IMG/VR virus record: IMGVR_UViG_3300047402_000006
Coordinates: 1 to 31,548 of that record
Direction: 5' to 3' (one strand)
DNA length: 31,548 bases
From: a virus
Taxonomy: Duplodnaviria > Caudoviricetes
Of this stretch, positions 25,413 to 31,548 are shown one piece after another. The position numbers and the translations under genes were made by a program. Positions within the stretch are counted from its first letter, which is position 1. Each line of letters opens with the position of its first letter. The notes under the pieces are model-generated. The model was not told the DNA's origin, ran no database searches, and saw nothing but the letters and a program-made list of their open reading frames with translations.

Positions 25413-25925
25413 TTACTCTGTCCCAGTCGAGCCAAAGCCACCATTTCCTCGCGCAGTATGGCTGAGTTCCTCGACACAAACTAGTGACGGTGAATAGAGA
25501 GGTACAAAGATGAGCTGTGCGATGCGGTCACCGTCGACAACCGCGTAAGGTTCATCTGTGAAGTTACGAAGGAGAACCTTGATGGTTCCCCGATAGTCGG
25601 AATCAATGAGTCCGACGCTGTTTCCTAGACTGATGCCCACCTTGTAGGCGAGACCCGATCTAGGCAGAACCATTGCCGCGACCCCCTCTGGGAGTTCGAC
25701 GCTGATTCCAGTATCAATCAGGTAGGAGTCATTGGGCATGACGACAATGGCATCGCCAATGTCTGCCCGAAGATCCCAAGCTGCTGATCCCTTGGTAGCC
25801 TTGGTAGGCATACCGTGCTTCCCATGCCTAATCTTGACAGTATTGTCAGGAATATAGGTAAAGGAGTTGAAGGTGTTTGTGGTGTAGTTAGCAAAGGTGC
25901 TGGTGTCTGTGTTATACGAAGACAT
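25413..25925 (-). CDS. dut: Trimeric dUTPase
   Basis: Motifs AAWDLRA, PRSGLA, GLIDSDYRG, GDRIAQL and RGNGGFGSTG. The ATG at 25925 follows AAGGA. Confidence 0.95.
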   Translation of the reverse strand: MSSYNTDTSTFANYTTNTFNSFTYIPDNTVKIRHGKHGMPTKATKGSAAWDLRADIGDAIVVMPNDSYLIDTGISVELPEGVAAMVLPRSGLAYKVGISLGNSVGLIDSDYRGTIKVLLRNFTDEPYAVVDGDRIAQLIFVPLYSPSLVCVEELSHTARGNGGFGSTGTE

Positions 25926-25969
25926 TTGATTTTCCTTTTTGTTTTGTTCTTCCGATACGCCTGACCAAC

Positions 25970-26701
25970 TTACTCTTCCCACGCAGAAGAGTACCAGTCA
26001 TATAGGGCGAGTTCCCCATCACGGCAAATCCGCACAGCCCGACCCATCGCAATGGCATCGTCCAAGCTGTAGGCTCCGCCTTCCTTGTTCTTCCTAGTCT
26101 CGTATAGGGACAGGACTAGGGCGGTGTGGTTCTTTGGGCTAGTCGCCCGAAGCAGAGCCTCCGCCTTCTTTTCCCCGAGCTTCCAGATCCCACCGACATT
26201 ATCGGTCGTGTCTCCCATGATCCACTGCTTGTGGAACTGAAAGTCAGCGTCAGCCAGTTCGGTGTAGAACACCTCCGTTATGGCTATTTGTGGATCTATT
26301 TGTGGATACCACCCGTATCCAGGGACTTGTTTCAAGTCCTTGTCGATGGTCACACAGATGGCACGGAGAGCCGACTTCTCGATTCCCATGAGGTCATCTG
26401 CCTCCATCCTGTCCTGCCTCACCACAGGGGCGAGCATAGGCAGGATCTCCAGAGCTAGGGGTAGGCTCTCTGGGGATGGCTTGCCGTCACGGTGTTCCTT
26501 ATAGTGGGGCAACCAGTCACGGCGGAAGTTGTCGCTGCGCTTGCAGGACAGGGCAATCTCAATCTCGTCCACATCTGGCGGGGTCCACCGCTTGAGGTCA
26601 TCCTTCAGCCGACCCTCTAGGTATTCCTCACCTTCGACATCAGCCCAGAAGGCTGCCCTGTATGCCAGAATGTCGCCGTCAAGAATCGCCTTACGCACCA
26701 T
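25970..26701 (-). CDS. 5'-3' exonuclease (T7 gp6-like)
   Basis: ILDGDILAYRAA, NFR....P.YK.HR, MEADDLMG, TIDKDLKQVPG and GDTTDNVGGI. Start is near 26701-26710. Confidence 0.93.
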   Translation of the reverse strand: MVRKAILDGDILAYRAAFWADVEGEEYLEGRLKDDLKRWTPPDVDEIEIALSCKRSDNFRRDWLPHYKEHRDGKPSPESLPLALEILPMLAPVVRQDRMEADDLMGIEKSALRAICVTIDKDLKQVPGYGWYPQIDPQIAITEVFYTELADADFQFHKQWIMGDTTDNVGGIWKLGEKKAEALLRATSPKNHTALVLSLYETRKNKEGGAYSLDDAIAMGRAVRICRDGELALYDWYSSAWEE

Positions 26702-27413
26702 CATCGTCATCGTCGTCGTCTCCAAAGATTTCCTTGAACAGATCCTCAATGGTAATCTGTTCGTCTACTCTCATCTTCTTACACCCCTCGCATTCGCAAT
26801 GGGTGTAGTGGAACGGTGTGGCACCTAGCCAAGTCAGGAGCCGTTCTTGCAGCTTCGTTTGAAACCGTTTCTTTGAACCGTCATTCTTGACAATATACCC
26901 GAATGGGGCAGGATTGCCAGCATGAGGTGTGACTTCATAGTTGTTAGCCATCCTCTCCGATTCGTGTTGTCTCCACTCACCGTTGTGATCCGATAGCTCT
27001 CGGTTGCCACTGCTAATGAAGATCAGGGTGGCACCGATCTTTTTCCCATAGTCAAGCTCGTTGGGATAGCGGCAGTCATCTACGATGCACACCGTCTCCT
27101 TCCACAGCTTGTCGGGATCCTGCGAGGCTGCGTTGTCAGCCTCAACCAGTTTCCTCCACTCCTTGTCGAACTGCTCGACCCAGTAGTAGGGGTTCTCCGC
27201 TCTCTTCTCTTCACCCAGTTTCTGACAGAAGGCGCGATACTCCAGTGGGTTCGTCTCCTTTGTCAGCCCTGCCGCGTGTGCGGCATCCTTGATTGCCTTG
27301 GCAAAGGGTAGGATGACTGGCTTATAGTCATACCTCTTCGCCATCTTCGCCAGCATCTCTGCTGCCGTCGTCTTTCCAACCCTAGCCTTGCCAGCTAGGA
27401 ACAGTGTGATCAT
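26691..27413 (-). CDS. Deoxynucleoside monophosphate kinase
   Basis: P-loop LAGKARVGKTT, PFAKAIKD, R...QKLGE..R....YWV, IVDDCRYPNE and HESE. The ATG at 27413 follows AGGAG. Confidence 0.88.
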   Translation of the reverse strand: MITLFLAGKARVGKTTAAEMLAKMAKRYDYKPVILPFAKAIKDAAHAAGLTKETNPLEYRAFCQKLGEEKRAENPYYWVEQFDKEWRKLVEADNAASQDPDKLWKETVCIVDDCRYPNELDYGKKIGATLIFISSGNRELSDHNGEWRQHESERMANNYEVTPHAGNPAPFGYIVKNDGSKKRFQTKLQERLLTWLGATPFHYTHCECEGCKKMRVDEQITIEDLFKEIFGDDDDDDDGA

Positions 27414-27865
27414 GTCAATCTCCTGTAAAGGGTTGCGGGGTGCCATGCCATTGGCATCCCCAGTATTCTACACGCAAAGTTTACGCATTGTCTTGGCGGT
27501 GTAAGACCAAGCCATCGCCCGACAAAAGCGTGGAACACCAAGTCCCACGCTGTGTTGTCGGTATAGTCTCGGGCAAGTTGACACACCTCGTTGATATCGA
27601 GGGCGTGTCTGCCCACATCAATCTTGGCGATGAGTTTCACTCCATGCCGTTGTAGTTCACCATGCGTGTGGAACTTTGCAGTGCTTGTACAGATGGTGAT
27701 TTCCAACTCCTGTGCTGGCAGACAAATGACTGGTGCTACATGGGTCACATTGCTGAACCCCAGTAGCTTTCCCAATCTGCCTATCCACTTTCCCTGTATG
27801 GCAGAGAAATCGTAGAACGCCAGATAGCATTGGTAGTTAGTGAGTCTCCGACCAGTTTGTTCCAA
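27410..27865 (-). CDS. Putative permuted papain-like (NlpC/P60-superfamily) cysteine hydrolase
   Basis: His motif SNVTHVAPV comes before Cys motif RQCVNFACRILG, followed by WHPATLY. Probable TTG start at 27865 with GGAG 7 nt upstream. Confidence 0.55.
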   Translation of the reverse strand: MEQTGRRLTNYQCYLAFYDFSAIQGKWIGRLGKLLGFSNVTHVAPVICLPAQELEITICTSTAKFHTHGELQRHGVKLIAKIDVGRHALDINEVCQLARDYTDNTAWDLVFHAFVGRWLGLTPPRQCVNFACRILGMPMAWHPATLYRRLT

Positions 27866-29552
27866 GTTTGAACTCCGCGTTGATGGGCATGCGAATGCCA
27901 AGTCTAGTTCCTGCTTCCACCGCTGAATCCACTACAATCTTACCCGCCACAGCAGCGATGTCTGCGGGGCAAGAGAACTGAAGCTCGTCGTGTACATAGG
28001 CGACTTGCTTCACCACATTAGGACCAAATGTGTTGGTCAGGTTCTTGTTGGCGCAGATCATCCAGTATTTGGAAACGACTGCGCCGCTGCCCTGTAGCAG
28101 CGTGTTCAGTGCAGCGTGTTTGCTACGGATGGGAACCTTCCGTCCATCCACTAGTTCGATCGCATTGTGCTTGGTGGCATTGAACTCCACCCACTGCTTG
28201 ACCTTGGCAAGTGCGGGCAGCTCCTTTAGGAACTTCTCCTTTAGAGCCGCGCCGTGCTTCGCAGAGCCGTTCACGATCTTACCCACCTTGGCATCCCCCG
28301 CCCCATACAGGAAGCCGTAGATGAAGGTCTTGGCGGTATTGCGGTTAGGCAGACCCGCCTTCTCTTGGTTGTGCGTGTGGATGTCTCCGTTGAGGATGAC
28401 ATCCGCATAGGCACCGCCATCGTATTCGTGCATGTAGTGTGCAAGCATACGCAGCTCAAGACCGCTCAAGTCAGAGCCGAGCAGCACTTCACCCTTGTGT
28501 GGGATCCATAGTTCACGCGCCCTGTGGTCGCCTGACACCTGTGCTAGATTGGGTTGGCTGTGTGTACAGCGACCCGTCGTAGCACCCTGCACATTGACGA
28601 AGCCATGCACCTTGCCGTCGCGGCTGTTGCTTGCACGGGTGATCCAGTCCTCTACCTGACCCATCAGCTTGATGACATCGAAGTATTCGACCAGCTTCTT
28701 CGCCTCTGGATAGTCCAGCTCCTCAAGGACAGAGGCATCCACATTGGGATTGCCGTTGTCAGTCTTGGGTGCTACCCATCCGTACTTCTCAAACAGGCGT
28801 TCGGCAATCTGCTGACGGGATGCGGGGTTGAACACCTCGATCTTGTCCTTCAGTCGCTTGCCTGTCTTCTCCGAATGGCGGATGTGTACCTTGTCGGGGA
28901 ACACCGTCCGCATCTCATCCTCCACCTGTGCCTTGAACCCAGTCAGTTCACGGATCAACGCCTCGCCCTTTGGTAGGTCGAAGTTGAATCCGTTGTGCTG
29001 TTGGTGGAAGATCACCTCGCTAGCCTTGTGTTCTAGCTGCACCACCTTGATGAACTCCTGATTCTGCTTGAGCCACTTCTGCTGATGATCGTAGATCGCA
29101 TGGCAGACATGGACATCTTGGACGCAGTAGTCGATCATGTCTTGGGTCAGCTCTTCCCATGTACCTTGGTAGTCGATCTTCTCGGTGCCAAGGTGCTTGC
29201 CCCAGTCAGCGAGAGAGTTGCCACCGAAGGGGTGGTTCTGTCTGTCGGGGTGCATCACCTTGCTAACGACTAGCGTGTCATAGATGCGCGCCCCGCCCCT
29301 GTACCCAAGCATTCTGACGAGACACTCTAGGTCGAAGCCGTAGATATTGTGTCCGATCAGGACGGTAGCACTGTTGAGATGGTCGAGCAGGGAGCAGTAC
29401 AAATCCTCACCCTTCCAGATGTACACTCTGTTGGTGTCGACATCCTTGGTTACGACAAGATGAACCTTGCTACACTCCTTGACGGGCTGACCCTTGGCAT
29501 CAAGCGTCAGCTCCATCAGTGCATTGGATTCAATGTCAATGATCAGTTTCAA
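27837..29552 (-). CDS. polA: DNA polymerase family A with 3'-5' exonuclease (T7 gp5-like)
   Basis: Exo motifs IDIES, GHNIYGFD and YCVQDV. Pol motifs TGRCTHSQPNLAQV, DLSGLELRMLAHY, RNTAKTFIYGFLYGAG, ALNTLLQGSGA and VHDELQ. Probable TTG start at 29552. Confidence 0.97.
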   Translation of the reverse strand: MKLIIDIESNALMELTLDAKGQPVKECSKVHLVVTKDVDTNRVYIWKGEDLYCSLLDHLNSATVLIGHNIYGFDLECLVRMLGYRGGARIYDTLVVSKVMHPDRQNHPFGGNSLADWGKHLGTEKIDYQGTWEELTQDMIDYCVQDVHVCHAIYDHQQKWLKQNQEFIKVVQLEHKASEVIFHQQHNGFNFDLPKGEALIRELTGFKAQVEDEMRTVFPDKVHIRHSEKTGKRLKDKIEVFNPASRQQIAERLFEKYGWVAPKTDNGNPNVDASVLEELDYPEAKKLVEYFDVIKLMGQVEDWITRASNSRDGKVHGFVNVQGATTGRCTHSQPNLAQVSGDHRARELWIPHKGEVLLGSDLSGLELRMLAHYMHEYDGGAYADVILNGDIHTHNQEKAGLPNRNTAKTFIYGFLYGAGDAKVGKIVNGSAKHGAALKEKFLKELPALAKVKQWVEFNATKHNAIELVDGRKVPIRSKHAALNTLLQGSGAVVSKYWMICANKNLTNTFGPNVVKQVAYVHDELQFSCPADIAAVAGKIVVDSAVEAGTRLGIRMPINAEFKLGTNWSETH

Positions 29553-29730
29553 TCGAGAACCTCTTGTCCCTTTCCTTGAGGATCGCATCAGCGATCCACG
29601 CTATTTCCTCTGGAGTACGCGGCTGTGCTTTGTCTCTGGTAGTCCCAGGATGCATAGACATGGATAGTGCCGCACTAGCATACATGTCCCACGCTGCTGC
29701 CCGAAGCAGTAAGAACTGTCCGTCATCCAT
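29536..29730 (-). CDS. Small hypothetical phage protein (64 aa)
   Basis: WDMYASAAL...A.IADAILKERDKR resembles a common small phage family (D.FA..AM...AY..ADAML.ER). It overlaps both neighbours. Confidence 0.7.
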   Translation of the reverse strand: MDDGQFLLLRAAAWDMYASAALSMSMHPGTTRDKAQPRTPEEIAWIADAILKERDKRFSIETDH

Positions 29731-31456
29731 TGGGTAGCCCCTGTGGATTGACGATCATGTTCCCTTCCTCATCGGTCGCTACTTCGACCTCACGCATTCG
29801 TCCCGTGCCACGGTCGTAGTACAGGTTGGTTGCGATACCCGCACGACCAGTCAGTCGGTTCTTGAGAACCCTGACGATGGTTGTGTTGGCGATGATCGGG
29901 TCGTCATTCTGTCGATCTCGCTCGAGCGCGATGACAGTATTCGGCACTGAAGCAAGCGCACCTGATCCACGCAGATCCTGCAATGTGATGCGGTCGCCTT
30001 CCTCGTATGCTTTGTCTGTCTTCTTGAGTTGCGAGACAATGTCGATGTGTACGCCAGTACGCACCGAGATAGAGCGCAGCTCCTTCATCAGCGTGTCGAT
30101 GATGATTCGCTCGCTGTTGCCTCCCTCGACATCCTTGCTTTGGACACCGACGAGACCCGCCGCAGCGGCAGTGATGTGGTCGAGGATGATCACATCTACC
30201 TTGAGAGACACAGCCATGTACTCCATTCTTGCTAGAAGATTGGACATGGCGTTGTTGCCTAGATGGTCGTAGATGTACAGCCCAGTCTGGCACAGTTTGC
30301 GCTTTGCCTCTGCATACTCATCGTCGCTGAACTCGTTGATAAAGTCAATGTCGATGCGATGCTTGCCCATCTTCTCACGGAGGGCATTCATCATCTGTGC
30401 CGCACGAATAGCGCGCACAGGCTTGTTGATCATCAGCGAAATCATGTCGTCCATCGTCTCTTGAGGGGACTCCTCAAGCATGATGGCACCGACAGATCGA
30501 CCTTCCTCTAGGTGGTGGTGCATCAGCTCACGCAGGATGGTTGACTTACCCGAGCCTGTGCCTGATGCCCACAGTGTGATCTCACCCGACCGCTGTCCAA
30601 TCAGGAACTCTGATAGGGTGTCGAACGGGAAGGGATACACGCGGCTAGCCACTGGATCGGTAGTCTCCACAATGCGGGAGATATGCAGGATCTCGTCAGG
30701 AGAGTAGACTTGAGCCTCCCATGTGGCGGACACCACAGCCTTGCCCATGTTGTTGACAAGGCATTCGTTGGCATCCTTCATGGGAAGCTTGGCGATCTTA
30801 CACTTTCCTGGAGGCAGGATCTCCGCCACAGCCTTGGCTGCATCTTGTCCTGCGTCATCCATATCGAAGCATAGTACGATCTCCTGATAGGAGGATACGA
30901 ACTCAAGGTTGTCCTTGATAGACCGCACCGCTGCGGCTGCTCCGTTGGGCAATGACACAACCGCCCATGTGTTTCCAAGCAACTGGCAGACGGTAAGGCA
31001 GTCGATCTCACCTTCGGTGATGATCAGTCGCTTGCCGCCTGACTTCCACTGGTTCTGTCCGAATAGCTGCACACCCTTGGGCGTACCCTTCCAGATGAAC
31101 TGTTTGTCTGGACCTCTGATGTGCTGTGCGATCAGCTCATCGTTGGCGTTGTAGTAGTTGGCGATCTCCACATCCTTGCCGTTGATGTTGGCAACCTGAT
31201 AGCCATACTGGCGACAGGTCTTCTCATCAATGCGTCGGTGTGGTAGGTCGCTGAATCCGCCCCTGACTTGGTTGGTCAGTCTGCTTGGGATCTCTACTGG
31301 TGTGCCGCTACCATTGGTATGGTAGCCGCACGAATAGCAGTGGGTGTGGTCATCCGAGTACACAGCGAGGTTGTCCCCGCTGTTGTCATTCCCTGCCGCA
31401 GCACACGCTGGGCATCGGTCTCGCCTGACCACAACCGATTCACTCTGTGTTTCCAT
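29723..31456 (-). CDS. Primase-helicase (T7 gp4-like)
   Basis: Zinc finger CPAC...HCYSC, TOPRIM ITEGEID and FDMDDAG, Walker A SGTGSGKST, IILDHIT, DLRGSG and VLKNRLTG. Confidence 0.97.
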   Translation of the reverse strand: METQSESVVVRRDRCPACAAAGNDNSGDNLAVYSDDHTHCYSCGYHTNGSGTPVEIPSRLTNQVRGGFSDLPHRRIDEKTCRQYGYQVANINGKDVEIANYYNANDELIAQHIRGPDKQFIWKGTPKGVQLFGQNQWKSGGKRLIITEGEIDCLTVCQLLGNTWAVVSLPNGAAAAVRSIKDNLEFVSSYQEIVLCFDMDDAGQDAAKAVAEILPPGKCKIAKLPMKDANECLVNNMGKAVVSATWEAQVYSPDEILHISRIVETTDPVASRVYPFPFDTLSEFLIGQRSGEITLWASGTGSGKSTILRELMHHHLEEGRSVGAIMLEESPQETMDDMISLMINKPVRAIRAAQMMNALREKMGKHRIDIDFINEFSDDEYAEAKRKLCQTGLYIYDHLGNNAMSNLLARMEYMAVSLKVDVIILDHITAAAAGLVGVQSKDVEGGNSERIIIDTLMKELRSISVRTGVHIDIVSQLKKTDKAYEEGDRITLQDLRGSGALASVPNTVIALERDRQNDDPIIANTTIVRVLKNRLTGRAGIATNLYYDRGTGRMREVEVATDEEGNMIVNPQGLPNG

Positions 31457-31548
31457 GTAGTTCCTTTTGATAGAGGACTGCGTCTCCGTGGAGGATCTTG
31501 TCTAGAAGATCACCCACCCCATCCATCATGATCTGCTCCTCTTCCTTG
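31440..31548 (-). CDS. 3' end of an upstream gene (partial)
   Basis: Open frame ...KEEEQIMMDGVGDLLDKILHGDAVLYQKELHGNTE* whose stop overlaps the primase start region. Confidence 0.5.
   Translation of the reverse strand, partial: KEEEQIMMDGVGDLLDKILHGDAVLYQKELHGNTE

Noticed and set aside
26695-26721. GAC/GAT trinucleotide run as a microsatellite or contingency locus
   Set aside because: It is an imperfect repeat explained by the poly-Asp codons overlapping the exonuclease start.
100-31531. Numerous plus-strand and alternative-frame ORFs in the track
   Set aside because: They lie within or overlap well-supported minus-strand genes, show no recognisable motifs, and look like antisense shadows of biased codon usage.
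1-31548. T7-type phage RNA polymerase promoters
   Set aside because: No repeated ~20-23 nt intergenic consensus was found by eye, and no RNAP gene is in the window. A MEME search of upstream regions would be needed to exclude them.
1-31548. Alternative genetic code or stop-codon reassignment
   Set aside because: All core genes are full length under code 11. The in-frame TAA junctions each carry their own SD and ATG.

Overview
This window is about 31.5 kb of a lytic T7-like podophage genome. All credible genes lie on the minus strand and are tightly packed. In transcription order (right to left) it carries: primase-helicase, a small ORF, family A DNA polymerase (T7-type Tyr in motif B, no full thioredoxin-binding loop), a permuted papain-like ORF, dNMP kinase, gp6-like exonuclease, dUTPase, class II (B12) ribonucleotide reductase, four small ORFs, portal, an inserted 211-aa gene, scaffold, an unusually long major capsid protein followed by an intrinsic terminator, tail tubular proteins A and B, a multi-gene tail-fibre region with membrane/lysis-like genes inside it, two microproteins, small terminase, a highly structured ~170-nt spacer, large terminase, and then the internal-virion (ejectosome-like) genes. 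The last gene runs off the left edge and is missing from the ORF track. No RNA polymerase, endolysin, tRNA, CRISPR array, integrase or reverse transcriptase is visible, so family and host cannot be assigned. The most notable items are the four-hairpin RNA between terS and terL with a possible anti-SD switch, ejectosome genes placed after the terminase, a unimolecular-spanin-like lipoprotein, a multi-part receptor-binding system with tandem Mtd-N-like domains and a hydrolase-like partner, and a repeated TAAGGA-N6-ATG gene junction. All protein calls come from motif recognition by eye; no database searches were run.
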